Below are positions 1-10,242 of a DNA stretch of 64,000 nt, one piece after another. The stretch covers positions 1,344,001 through 1,408,000 of the forward strand of contig OY969801.1 in the NCBI GenBank assembly GCA_963703225.1. The letters are read 5' to 3'. The translations under genes and the position numbers were made by a program. The notes beneath the pieces were generated by a model that ran no database searches, was not told the DNA's origin, and worked only from the letters and a program-made list of their open reading frames with translations. Position 1 is the stretch's first letter; the number at the start of each line of letters is the position of its first letter. The stretch is from Candidatus Eiseniibacteriota bacterium. GTDB taxonomy: Bacteria > Eisenbacteria > RBG-16-71-46 > SZUA-252.

Positions 1-16
1 GGGTAACCCAGGGCGT

Positions 17-1240
17 ATGGGCTACGTACGGATCATCGCGTCGCGCTACCTCCGCTCGAAGCGACGCATCAATTTCATCACGCTCGTCAGCATCCTCGCC
101 ATCGGAGGCGTTTTCGTCGGGGTCGCGGCGTTGACCATCGTGCTCTCCGTCATGAACGGCTTCGAGGACCAGGTCCAGCAGCGGATCGCGGGAACGAACG
201 CCCACGTGGCGGTCCTGGACGGGGGTGATCGCCCGCTCAAGCCCGATCCGGCCCTCGACCGGACGATCCGGGAAGCGGTGCCGGGGGCAGAGGTCGCGCC
301 CTTCGTGTACGGGAAGGTGATGGTGGCTTCGCGTCACGGGGTCGACGGGATGGTCCTGAAGGGGGTCGATCCGGCGCGGGAGCGGTGGGTCACCGATATT
401 CTCTCGAGGTTGACCCCGGCCGACGCGCCGTTCGATGGCGGCGATCTCCCCGGGATCGCGTTGGGGCAGGAGCTTGCCCTGAGGCTCCGGGTCGCGCGCG
501 GGGACATCATCCTGATCAGCATCCCGTCGGAGGAACCGGGCGGCTTTCTGGGCGGCGTCCCGCGCTCCCGCCGCCTGCGCGTGTCGTCGATCTTCCGCTC
601 GGGTCTTTATGAGTACGATTCCTCCTTCGGGGTCGTGCCGATCCAGACCGCGCAGGAGTTTTTCGGACTCGGTGGAGAGATCACCGGCTACGAGCTTCGG
701 CTCAAGGACATGTTCCGGGCCCAGGAGGCGTCGAGCCGGGTCGAGGCGGCGCTGGGTCCCGGCTATCGCGCCACCAACTGGATCGACCTGAACCGGAATC
801 TCTTCGCGTGGATGCGGATCGAGAAGGCCGTCATGTTCACGATCTTGATCCTGATCGTGGTGGTGGCCGCGGTGAACATCGTGTCGAGCCTGGTGATGAT
901 GGTGCTGGAGAAGCGGAGGGACATCGGGGTATTACGCACGTTGGGCGTGACGCCCCGGGGGATCATGAAGATCTTCGTGCTCCAAGGCACCCTGGTCGGG
1001 CTTCTCGGGACGATTCTCGGCCTCGTGGTCGGATTCGGCGTTTCCTACGTGCTCGGCCGATACAAGCTTCTCCACCTGCCGGGGGAGATCTACTTCATCG
1101 ATACGCTCCCCGTGAAGATGGAATGGCCCGATTTCCTCTTTGTCGCCTCGGCGGCCACGATCACCTGCTTCCTCGCGAGCCTCTATCCCGCATGGCAGGC
1201 GGCGAGGCTTGCCCCGGTGCAGACGATCCGCTATGAATGA
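17..1240 (+). CDS. lolE: Lipoprotein-releasing ABC transporter permease (LolC/E family)
   Basis: 407-aa ORF with N-terminal TM (LTIVLSVMNGF), periplasmic domain, FtsX-type C-terminus (EKRRDIGVLRTLG...LYPAWQAARLAP); coupled to a LolD-type ATPase. Confidence 0.88.
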   Translation: MGYVRIIASRYLRSKRRINFITLVSILAIGGVFVGVAALTIVLSVMNGFEDQVQQRIAGTNAHVAVLDGGDRPLKPDPALDRTIREAVPGAEVAPFVYGKVMVASRHGVDGMVLKGVDPARERWVTDILSRLTPADAPFDGGDLPGIALGQELALRLRVARGDIILISIPSEEPGGFLGGVPRSRRLRVSSIFRSGLYEYDSSFGVVPIQTAQEFFGLGGEITGYELRLKDMFRAQEASSRVEAALGPGYRATNWIDLNRNLFAWMRIEKAVMFTILILIVVVAAVNIVSSLVMMVLEKRRDIGVLRTLGVTPRGIMKIFVLQGTLVGLLGTILGLVVGFGVSYVLGRYKLLHLPGEIYFIDTLPVKMEWPDFLFVASAATITCFLASLYPAWQAARLAPVQTIRYE

Positions 1241-1934
1241 GGCGCCCGCGGGCGCGGCGCTTGAGGCGACCGGGCTCGCCAAGACTTACACCGAGGGCGT
1301 CGCCCCCGTGGAGGTTCTCCGGGGCGTCGATCTCAGCGTCTCGCCGGGGGAGATGGTCGCGATCGTGGGCGCATCAGGCTCCGGGAAATCGACGCTGCTC
1401 CATCTCCTCGGCGGGCTCGACGCCCCCACCTCGGGCTCCGTCTTGGTCGGGGGCGAAGCGATGAGCTCCCTCGACGAAGAGGGCCGCTCCCGCCTCCGCT
1501 CCCGGAGCGTCGGGTTTGTGTTTCAGTTCCACCAGCTTCTGCCCGAGTTCACGGCTCTGGAAAATGTGATGATGCCCGGATGGATCGCCGGGGGGCGCGC
1601 GGAGACCGACGCCCGGGGCCGCGCGGAGGAGCTGCTCCGCGATCTTGGCCTGATGGAGCGCGCGGAGCACAAACCTTCCGAGCTTTCGGGGGGCGAGCAG
1701 CAGCGTGTCGCCGTCGCGCGGGCCCTCCACCGACGCCCCGCGGTGCTCCTGGCCGACGAGCCGACGGGGAACCTGGATCGGGCGGCGACCGGGGTGCTTT
1801 TGGAGGTCTTGGAAAGATACAGGGTCGATCAGGGTCAAGCCATTGTCATTGCGACACATAACCCAGAAGTGGCCCGGTCTGCCGGGCGCGTCCTTGAGCT
1901 TGAGGATGGCCGGCTAAGGCCGATGAATCTGTAG
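1233..1934 (+). CDS. lolD: Lipoprotein-releasing ABC transporter ATP-binding protein
   Basis: ATG at 1233 overlaps the upstream stop; Walker A GASGSGKS, LSGGEQQRVA signature, [11 protein letters not shown]. Confidence 0.9.
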   Translation: MNEAPAGAALEATGLAKTYTEGVAPVEVLRGVDLSVSPGEMVAIVGASGSGKSTLLHLLGGLDAPTSGSVLVGGEAMSSLDEEGRSRLRSRSVGFVFQFHQLLPEFTALENVMMPGWIAGGRAETDARGRAEELLRDLGLMERAEHKPSELSGGEQQRVAVARALHRRPAVLLADEPTGNLDRAATGVLLEVLERYRVDQGQAIVIATHNPEVARSAGRVLELEDGRLRPMNL

Positions 1935-1981
1935 AATGGCTGCATCTAAAGGGGCAGGACGCGGGAGGGAGCGCGAGAACG

Positions 1982-2509
1982 ATGCAATGCCAACTCTGCG
2001 GTAAACGCCCGGCGGTGGTTCACTTCACGGAGATCGTGAACAACAAGAAGTCCGAATATCACGTCTGCGAGAAGTGCGCTGAAGAGCGCGGCTATCACAC
2101 GCCTTTGGTCAAAACAAAATTCTCGGTCGGGGATCTGCTTGCGGGCATGGTCGACCAGGCCGGCGTCGGCGAAGAGGCCAAGGTCGGAAGGGTCCAGTGC
2201 CCGCGCTGCCACATGGTCTACTCGGCCTTCAAGGAAACCGGACGCCTCGGCTGCTCGGAGTGCTACACCACGTTCCGGGCACAGCTCAGGCCGCTGCTCC
2301 GCCGAATCCACGGCAGCACCAAGCACGTGGGCAAGACGCCCGTGCGCGATTCGGCGCGGGTGGCGCTCCGGCGCGAGATCCAAAGACTCCACGAGGACAT
2401 GCAGACCGCGATCGAACACGAGGAGTTCGAGGCGGCCGCGCAGCTGCGGGACCGCATCCGGACCATCGAATCGCAAGGCGGGATGAAGGCGGAGGAGGAA
2501 TCGCGGTGA
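1982..2509 (+). CDS. mcsA: McsA, protein-arginine kinase activator (CxxC motifs plus UVR domain)
   Basis: CQLC, CEKC, CPRC and GRLGCSECY motifs; HGSTKHVGK; C-terminal EEFEAAAQLRDRI UVR motif. Confidence 0.92.
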   Translation: MQCQLCGKRPAVVHFTEIVNNKKSEYHVCEKCAEERGYHTPLVKTKFSVGDLLAGMVDQAGVGEEAKVGRVQCPRCHMVYSAFKETGRLGCSECYTTFRAQLRPLLRRIHGSTKHVGKTPVRDSARVALRREIQRLHEDMQTAIEHEEFEAAAQLRDRIRTIESQGGMKAEEESR

Positions 2510-3582
2510 AGCTGACTGCTCTGGCTCAGGGCCTGGGCCGCTGGCTCGATGGATCGGGGCCGGCGGCGGACATCGTGCTGAGCACCCGCGTCCGCCTCGC
2601 GCGAAATCTGAAGGAGGTGCCCTTCACGCACCGCGCGCGCGAGGAGCAGATGGCGATGGTCTACTCGAGCGTGGTTTCCGCGGTGCGGAAGACACCGGCC
2701 CTCGTCTCCTCGACGGCGCTCGCGATGCGGGAGCTGACGCCCCTGGACCGCCAGTTCCTGGTGGAGCGCCATCTCATCTCGCACGACCTGGCCGACAACG
2801 GGCGGCTCCGCGGCCTGCTCCTCGTTCCCGACGAGAGCGTGTCGGCGATGGTGAACGAGGAGGACCACCTGAGGCTCCAGGCGCTCGCGTCGGGATTCCA
2901 GCTCCGATCGGCGTGGGAGGCGGTCAACGCCATCGATGATGATCTGGGGCAGGACCTCGACTATGCTTTCAGCGACGATCTGGGTTATCTGACCGCGTGC
3001 CCGACGAACGCCGGCACGGGGATGCGGGCGTCGGTGCTGATCCACCTGCCGTCGCTCGTGCTGACGAAGCAGATCGGCCGGGTCCTCCAGGGCATCACCC
3101 AGGTGGGGCTCGCGGTGCGCGGCTTCTACGGCGAGGGCTCGCAGATCATGGGGAATTTCTTCCAGATCTCGAACCAGACGACGCTCGGGCAGAGCGAGCG
3201 CGAGACCGTCGAGAGCCTGGAGCGGGTGACGCGCCAGATCATCGACTACGAGCAGCGGGCTCGCGACGAGCTATTGAAGGACGCCCGGGTCCAGATCGAG
3301 GACAAGATCTGGCGCGCTTACGGAGCGCTTCGACACAGCCGGGTCATCTCGTCGCAGGAGGTCATCAACCTCTCCTCGGCGGTCCGGTTCGGCGTCGCGC
3401 TCTCGATGAGCGGGCTGGCGAGCGTCCAGACCCTGAACGAGCTCTTGATCCGCACGCAGCCGGCCCATCTCCAGCTGGCCCTGGGGCGGGAGATGGAACA
3501 GCGGGAACGAAACGTGGTCCGCGCGGAGTACGTGCGGAATCTATTGGATAAGAACGCGGCTGGCGCCGTGAATCCGAATTGA
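2506..3582 (+). CDS. mcsB: Protein-arginine kinase McsB
   Basis: GTG at 2506 overlaps the mcsA stop; [38 protein letters not shown] guanidino-kinase motifs. Confidence 0.93.
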   Translation: MKLTALAQGLGRWLDGSGPAADIVLSTRVRLARNLKEVPFTHRAREEQMAMVYSSVVSAVRKTPALVSSTALAMRELTPLDRQFLVERHLISHDLADNGRLRGLLLVPDESVSAMVNEEDHLRLQALASGFQLRSAWEAVNAIDDDLGQDLDYAFSDDLGYLTACPTNAGTGMRASVLIHLPSLVLTKQIGRVLQGITQVGLAVRGFYGEGSQIMGNFFQISNQTTLGQSERETVESLERVTRQIIDYEQRARDELLKDARVQIEDKIWRAYGALRHSRVISSQEVINLSSAVRFGVALSMSGLASVQTLNELLIRTQPAHLQLALGREMEQRERNVVRAEYVRNLLDKNAAGAVNPN

Positions 3583-3628
3583 AGGGTGCGGGGTTGCCGT
3601 GAGGGGATCCCAACGGAGGTTTTGATCC

Positions 3629-6047
3629 ATGCACGACAAGTTCACGGAACGCGTGCGGAAGGTGATCTATCTCGCGCGCGAGGAGGCGGCCCGCCTGCAG
3701 CACGACTACATCGGCACCGAGCACCTGCTGCTCGGCGTGATCCGCGAGGGCGAGGGGATCGCCGCCACGGTTCTGAACAACCTCGGCCTCGATCTGGACG
3801 CGATCCGCCAGGCGGTGGAGAGCATGGTCGCGGCGACCGGCGGCACGCTGACGATCGGCGAGATCCCGTTCACGCCGCGAGCCAAGCGCGTGCTCGAGCT
3901 GTCGGTCGACGAGGCGCGCCAGCTCGGGCACAACTACGTCGGCACCGAGCACCTGCTCCTCGGGCTGATCCGCGAGGGTGAGGGGGTCGCCGCGCAGGTG
4001 CTGCTCGAGCTGGGCGTGGACCGCAAGAAGGTGCGCGAGGAGACGCTGAAGCTCCTGGGCGGGACCCCATCCGTGGCGCAGCCCGAACGCGAAGGCAAAG
4101 TCGAGACGCCGGCCCTGAACCAGTTCGGCCGCGACCTGACCGCAGCTCGCGCGGGAGAGCAAGCTCGATCCGATCATCGGCCGCGAGACCGAGATCGAGC
4201 GGGTGATCCAGGTGCTCTCCCGGCGCAAGAAGAACAACCCGATCCTGATCGGGGAGCCGGGCGTCGGCAAGACCGCGATCGCCGAGGGCCTCGCCGAGCG
4301 GATCGTCGAGAACAAGGTGCCGGAGACGCTCAAGGACAAGCGGATCGTCACCCTCGACCTGGCCGCGGTCGTGGCCGGGCACCAAGTACCGCGGGCAGTT
4401 CGAGGAGCGGCTGAAGACCGTGATGAACGAGATCCGCGAGTCGAAGGACACGATCATCTTCATCGACGAGCTCCACACCATCGTGGCGCGGGCGGCGCGG
4501 AAGGCGCGATCGACGCCTCCAACATGCTCAAGCCGGCGCTGGCGCGCGGCGAGCTGCAGTGCATCGGCGCGACGACGCTCGACGAGTACCGCAAGTACAT
4601 CGAGAAGGACGGCGCGCTCGAGCGGCGCTTCCAGCCGATCATGGTCGATCCGCCCACGGTGGACGAGACGATCCAGATCATCCTCGGCCTGCGCGACAAG
4701 TACGAGGCGCACCACGGCGCCAAGTACACCGACGAGGCGATCGCCACGGCGGTGAAGCTCGCCGACCGCTACATCAACGACCGCTTCCTCCCCGACAAGG
4801 CCATCGACGTCATCGACGAGGCGGGCGCGCGCGCGCGCCTGTCGATCTCGGCGATTCCGACCGAGGTGCGCGAGCTGGAGAAGCAGGTGGAGGAGGTCGC
4901 CAAGGAGAAGGAGGCGGCGATCCAGCAGCAGGAGTTCGAGAAGGCCGCCCGGATCCGGGACCGCGAGAAGGAGCTCCGCGCGAAGCTGCGGCGAGCTGAA
5001 GAAGAACTGGACCGACATCAAGCACGAGACCCAGGCGACCGTCGACGCCGACCTGATCGCACGGTCATCTCGCGGATGACGGGAATCCCGGTCGCGCGCA
5101 TCGAGGAGAAGGAATCGGAGAAGCTCCTCCGCATGGAGGAGGAGCTGCGCCAGTCGATCGTGGGCCAGGACGAGGCGGTGGCCGCGGTCTCGCGCGCCAT
5201 CCGGCGCAACCGCGCCGGGCTGCGCGATCCGCGGCGGCCGATCGGCTCGTTCATCTTCCTCGGTCCGACCGGCGTGGGCAAGACCGAGCTGGCCCGCGTC
5301 CTCGCGCGCTTCCTGTTCGACGACCCCGACGCTCTGATCCGGATCGACATGTCGGAGTACATGGAGAAGTTCTCGGTCTCGCGCCTGATCGGCGCGCCGC
5401 CGGGCTACGTCGGCTACGAGGAGGGCGGACAGCTCACCGAGAAGGTGCGGCGCAAGCCCTACTCGGTGGTCCTCCTCGACGAGATCGAGAAGGCGCACCC
5501 GGACGTCTTCAACATCCTCCTGCAGGTGCTGGACGACGGACAGCTCACCGACAGCCTGCGGCGCAGGGTCGACTTCAAGAACACCGTTCTGATCATGACC
5601 TCCAACCTGGGCGCCCGCCAGATCAAGGGCGGACGCGGGCTCGGCTTCTCGGAACGGGACGACGAGTCGACCTACGGCGGGATGAAGCGGACGATCCTGG
5701 ACGAGCTGAAGAAGACCTTCAATCCCGAGTTCCTGAACCGCATCGACGAGGCGATCGTCTTCCACGCGCTGGATCGCCAGCAGATGGCCCAGATCACCCA
5801 CATTCTCCTCGAGCAGGTGGCGGACCGGCTGAAGGCGAACGGGATTCGCGTGAAGCTGGATGACGCGGTGGTCGAGTTGCTGATCGAGAAGGGTTTCGAC
5901 GCCACCCTCGGCGCGCGGCCGCTCAAGCGGAGCATCCAGAAGCTGATCGAGGACCCCCTTTCCGAGCACGTGTTGCGCGGACAGCTGAAGGATGGGAGCG
6001 AGGTCGTCGTATCCCGCCAGGGTGACGAGTTGGCCTTTACTTCTTGA
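3629..6047 (+). CDS. clpC: ATP-dependent Clp protease ATP-binding subunit ClpC (several apparent indels at ~4140-5060)
   Basis: Double Clp-N repeats (GTEHLLLG twice), [19 protein letters not shown] motif, [23 protein letters not shown], spread over frames 3629/4203/4420. Confidence 0.93.
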
Positions 6048-8497
6048 TCGATTCGAAGAAGAGGATTCGGCGGTACCGGGGCGCTGGTCTTGGCGCCGGC
6101 GGCGCCGCGCTCGTCCGCTTCGCGGTCCTTTGGGTCGTGGCAGCTTCGGCCCTCTGCGGGGGAGCTCGCCCGGCGCGGGCCATTGACGCGCCGGCGCCAG
6201 GGGCGCCGCCCGACTCCACCCGTTCCGCTCCCGCCCCGGCCCTGACGATCCCGCGAGAGAGTGAGGCAGGCGAGTCGACCCGGCCGATCCGGTCGATTCG
6301 GGCCACCGGGTTCGTCCACGTCGACTCCATGGTCATCATTCGGACGTTCGGGCTTCGGGTCGGCGATCCCTACGGCCGCGAGACCGTGCGCGACGGCGTT
6401 CGCCGTCTCTTCCAAAGCGGGCTCTACACCGACGTGAACGTGGTCGACGCGGTCGAGGGGGAGGGCGTGGGCCTCACCGTGGTCGTCGCCGAGCGCCCTC
6501 GGATCAAGGGGATCAAGTTCAAGGGCTCGGGGAAGATCGAGGAGTCGAAGCTCAAGGCCAAGCTGACGAGCAGCGAGGGGCAGCTCCTGGACCAGGGGGT
6601 CTTGGATCTCGACGCCGGGAAGGTCGCGGAGGCGTACGCGGAAGAGGGGTACGCGCTCGCCAAAGTGAGGGCGCGGACCCAGGTGTCGGACCCGGGCGTG
6701 GTGGACGTCGTCTTCGAAGTCGAGGAAGGATCCAAGGTGAAGGTGCGGGAGGTCCAGGTCCATGGATACCGCGGCACGCTCACGCTCCATCCGGAAGATC
6801 TCCAGGGCGCGATGAAGAGCAAGACGCCCGGGTTCCTTCGGGGAGGAGTCTACAAGCCCTCGCAGCTCGACCAGGATGCCACGCAGCTCCGCCTCTTCAT
6901 GCGGAGCCGGGGATTCAAGGACGCCGACGTTGACTCGATCCGACCGGTCTACACCCCGGACGGCAAGGGGGTCGCGCTCCACGTCTACGTTCGGGAGGGG
7001 TCGCGGTACCGCTTCGGGAACGTCGTCTGGAGCGGGAACACGATCGTACCGACGCCGGCGCTCGATGAGATCACCACCGTGAACCGGTTCGCCCCGTACA
7101 GCGAATCGGCGCTGCACAAGACGCTCGAGGGCGCCTACACGCTCTACCAGGAGCAGGGCTTTCTCTATCTGTCGATCGAGCCACGGTTCACGGAGCGCGA
7201 CTCCATCGTGGACGTCGACTTCGCGGTCCAGGAGGGCTCCCGGACCCGGGTCGCCGATCTCCAGATCGTTGGGAACACACGGACGAAGGAGAACGTCATT
7301 CGACGCGAAGCTTCCGTCCGTCCGGGGGACATATTCCGGAGATCCTCTTTGATCCGGACGCAGCGGGACATCTTCGGCCTCGGATTCTTTCAGGACGTCA
7401 CGGTGGACTACGAGCCGACCGGGGACAGCAGCGACATCAACCTCACGCTCAAGGTGCAGGAGAAGCAAACCGGCACGGCGAGCGCCGGGGCCGGTTTCGC
7501 CAGCAGCACGGGACTGACGGGATTCATCGAGCTTGGCCACAACAACCTCTTCGGGAACGGGCAAAGCATCAACATCCACCTGGAGCGCGGGGCCAAGCGG
7601 AGCAGCTACGAGGTCGGGTTTACCGATCCCTGGTTTCGAGATACCCCGCTCACGCTGGGATTCAGCCTCTTCAACACCATGCGGGAGCTGGACGTCTACA
7701 ATCGGAGGGACGTGGGCGGCGGCATCCGCGTGGGCCGGCCGTTGGCCTGGCCCGACTACACCCGCGGCCTTGTTTCCTATGACCTCCGCAACGTGACGCT
7801 CTCCGACTTCGTCAAGCCTCAACCCGGAGAGTCGAGCAACCTGACGCAGCTCCGAAACACCAACTGGCCCCGCCTGGTCAGCAGCGTGACGCTGAGCTTC
7901 TCCCGGGTGAGCACGGACAATCCCTTTTACGCCTCGCGAGGGTCCCGCATCGCCTGGACCAACACGTTTGCCGGGGGTGCCCTCGGGGGCGTCGAAAACT
8001 TCTACAAGGGCACGTTCGACATCAAGAACTACAGCCGTCTCCAGGGCCCCCTCGTCCTCATGCTCCGCGGCAGGACCGGATTCTTGGGCGGGGGGAGCGT
8101 CCCCGACTACGAGCGATTCCGCCTGGGGGGCACGACCGTTGATTACCTGAGGGGGTATCCCGATTACTATGTGGTGCCCAGGAACAACATCACCAAGGAC
8201 CCGGTCACCGGGGTGGTCCTGGAACGCTACCCGGGAGGGCGAAAGATGCTCATCGCGGGGGCGGAGATCCAGTTCCCGATCGCCGATCCGCTCCACGGCC
8301 TCTTCTTCTTCGACGCCGGAAATACTTGGAATTCGACCCGGGAGATCGACCTGGGAGATCTGAGGCGCTCGGTCGGTATGGGAATCCGATTCGAGGTACC
8401 CGCGCTGGGGAGGATCGGCCTCGACTTTGGGTACGGGCTGGACCGAGAGGAAGGGGGCGGGTGGAAGACCCACTTCCAACTCGGTAACACTCTGTGA
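6044..8497 (+). CDS. bamA: Outer membrane protein assembly factor BamA
   Basis: Signal peptide, five POTRA-like repeats (e.g. IVGNTRTKENVIRRE), NLFGNGQ, FTDPW, LRGY loop motif, beta-barrel C-terminus; exact start uncertain. Confidence 0.92.
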   Translation: MIDSKKRIRRYRGAGLGAGGAALVRFAVLWVVAASALCGGARPARAIDAPAPGAPPDSTRSAPAPALTIPRESEAGESTRPIRSIRATGFVHVDSMVIIRTFGLRVGDPYGRETVRDGVRRLFQSGLYTDVNVVDAVEGEGVGLTVVVAERPRIKGIKFKGSGKIEESKLKAKLTSSEGQLLDQGVLDLDAGKVAEAYAEEGYALAKVRARTQVSDPGVVDVVFEVEEGSKVKVREVQVHGYRGTLTLHPEDLQGAMKSKTPGFLRGGVYKPSQLDQDATQLRLFMRSRGFKDADVDSIRPVYTPDGKGVALHVYVREGSRYRFGNVVWSGNTIVPTPALDEITTVNRFAPYSESALHKTLEGAYTLYQEQGFLYLSIEPRFTERDSIVDVDFAVQEGSRTRVADLQIVGNTRTKENVIRREASVRPGDIFRRSSLIRTQRDIFGLGFFQDVTVDYEPTGDSSDINLTLKVQEKQTGTASAGAGFASSTGLTGFIELGHNNLFGNGQSINIHLERGAKRSSYEVGFTDPWFRDTPLTLGFSLFNTMRELDVYNRRDVGGGIRVGRPLAWPDYTRGLVSYDLRNVTLSDFVKPQPGESSNLTQLRNTNWPRLVSSVTLSFSRVSTDNPFYASRGSRIAWTNTFAGGALGGVENFYKGTFDIKNYSRLQGPLVLMLRGRTGFLGGGSVPDYERFRLGGTTVDYLRGYPDYYVVPRNNITKDPVTGVVLERYPGGRKMLIAGAEIQFPIADPLHGLFFFDAGNTWNSTREIDLGDLRRSVGMGIRFEVPALGRIGLDFGYGLDREEGGGWKTHFQLGNTL

Positions 8498-8513
8498 GAA
8501 AAGGGGTTAGGTT

Positions 8514-9129
8514 ATGACTCGACACCAGGCCCGGGGTGCGCTAATCTGGGCTTGCCTGTGCTGCGCGGTCGGCCTTGGGGCGGGTCGTGCGGGGTTTGGG
8601 GCCGATCTGAAGATCGGGTTCATTGACTCGGATCGGATCTTTGCCGAGTATGCCAAGACCCAAGAGGCACAGGAAGCATTCAACCGGGAGGTAAAGGAGC
8701 TCTCGAAAACCGCCCGGGAGAAGAAGACCGAGATCGACGAGCTGCAGCGAAAGCTCGATCAACAGGGCCCGATGCTCAGCGAGGCCAAGCGCGACGAGCA
8801 GAATCGGGAGATCCAGCGAAAAATGAGCGAATACGAGACGTTCGTCCAGACCAACTGGGGTCCGGGCGGCAGGATATCCAAGCTCAATGAAGAGTACTTG
8901 AGGCCGATCGTCGACCGCGTGCATGGCATCGTGGCCGAGTTCGGGACCGAGGAGGGGTTTTCCCTGATTCTGGACGCCGCGGACGGGAACATCGTATTTG
9001 GCGACAAGATCCCTCGATCTGACCGATCGGGTCCTCGTCGCGCTCAAGGAGGAGGACCAGGGCGTGCGCCACAAGCCATCCCAGACCAGCGGTAGCCAGA
9101 CGGGCGGCACCACGCAGGGCCAGCAGTGA
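8514..9129 (+). CDS. skp: Skp/OmpH periplasmic chaperone (apparent indel near 9010)
   Basis: LKIGFIDSDRIF, coiled-coil middle, GFSLILD...; alternate frame gives SLDLTDRVL and a stop at 9129; follows bamA. Confidence 0.85.
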
Positions 9130-9204
9130 GCGGCACGCTCGACCGAGCGCCTGACGCCCCGATCCACCGGTGCGGGGGCCCTTGCTCTCGGTAGGGAGCC
9201 TCGG

Positions 9205-10242
9205 ATGAAAGTCACGCTGGACACCGTCGCCAAGGCAATCGACGGTACCGTCGTCGGAGACGGGTCCGTCGAGATCACGGGCGTCGCCGGGATTCGCGAG
9301 GCCCGGGAGGGAGAGCTCACCTTCCTGGCCAATCCCCGCTATGAACCCTATCTGGAATTCACGAACGCCTCCGCGATCATCGTCGCCGAGAATCACCGGA
9401 GCAGCAGAAAGCCGCTCATCCAGAATTCGAATCCCTACCTTGCCTTTCTGAAGGCGGTGCGGTTCTTCCAGGGGGACGAGGAGCGGCCGGCGGCGGGGAT
9501 GCACGCATCCGCGGTCGTCGCGTCGGACGCGTTCGTGGACCCCACCGCCCACGTCGGCCCGCACGTCGTCCTGGAGCGGGGCGCCTGGGTCGGTCCGAGG
9601 GCGATTGTCCACGCGGGCTGCTACGTCGGAGCGCGGGCGCGCGTCGGAGCCGATTCACTTCTGTATCCCAACGTGACCCTGCGCGAGAGCTGCGAGCTGG
9701 GGGAGCGCGTGATCGTCCACTCGGGCGCCGTGATCGGAAGCGACGGCTTTGGGTTCGTGCGGGACGGGTCCATCCATCGCAAGGTGCCGCAGATCGGAAA
9801 CGTCGTCGTGGAAGACGACGTCGAGCTGGGCTCCTGCGTGACGATCGACCGGGCCACGACCGGCACGACCCGGATCGGCGCCGGAAGCAAGATCGACAAC
9901 CTGGTCCAGATCGCCCACAACGTTCAAGTCGGAAAGAATTGCATCATCGTCGCCCAGGTCGGGATCTCGGGGAGCACCGTGCTGGGGAATGACGTGGTCT
10001 TGGCCGGCCAGGCCGGCCTCGTGGGTCACATCGAGATCGGAGCGGGCGCGATGATTGGCGCGAAATCGGGTGTTTCGAAGTCGGTGAAGGCGGGCGAGCG
10101 TCTTTCCGGCTGTCCGGCGCTGCCGGTCACCCAGACGAAGAGGATCGAGGCCAGCTTGCGGCAGCTACCCGAGCTCATCCAGACGGTCCGCAAGTTGCGG
10201 CGGCGCGTGGAGGAGCTCGAGGGACCCTCCAGCCCCCAGTGA
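9205..10242 (+). CDS. lpxD: UDP-3-O-acylglucosamine N-acyltransferase
   Basis: Hexapeptide repeats, GSDGFG, KVPQIGNV, IDRATTGTT, KIDNLVQIAHNV. Confidence 0.95.
   Translation: MKVTLDTVAKAIDGTVVGDGSVEITGVAGIREAREGELTFLANPRYEPYLEFTNASAIIVAENHRSSRKPLIQNSNPYLAFLKAVRFFQGDEERPAAGMHASAVVASDAFVDPTAHVGPHVVLERGAWVGPRAIVHAGCYVGARARVGADSLLYPNVTLRESCELGERVIVHSGAVIGSDGFGFVRDGSIHRKVPQIGNVVVEDDVELGSCVTIDRATTGTTRIGAGSKIDNLVQIAHNVQVGKNCIIVAQVGISGSTVLGNDVVLAGQAGLVGHIEIGAGAMIGAKSGVSKSVKAGERLSGCPALPVTQTKRIEASLRQLPELIQTVRKLRRRVEELEGPSSPQ

Noticed and set aside
1823..1839. GGTCGAT-CAG-GGTCAAG resembling a CtsR heptad direct repeat upstream of mcsA
   Set aside because: Imperfect match, inside lolD coding sequence about 95 nt from the TAGAAT -10 candidate, and no ctsR gene is present.
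3870..8479. Very long antisense ORFs (699 aa and 935 aa; also 44173-47172, 32141-34504, 20031-22157)
   Set aside because: Shadow ORFs opposite well-supported genes, expected from high-GC codon bias; no recognisable motifs.
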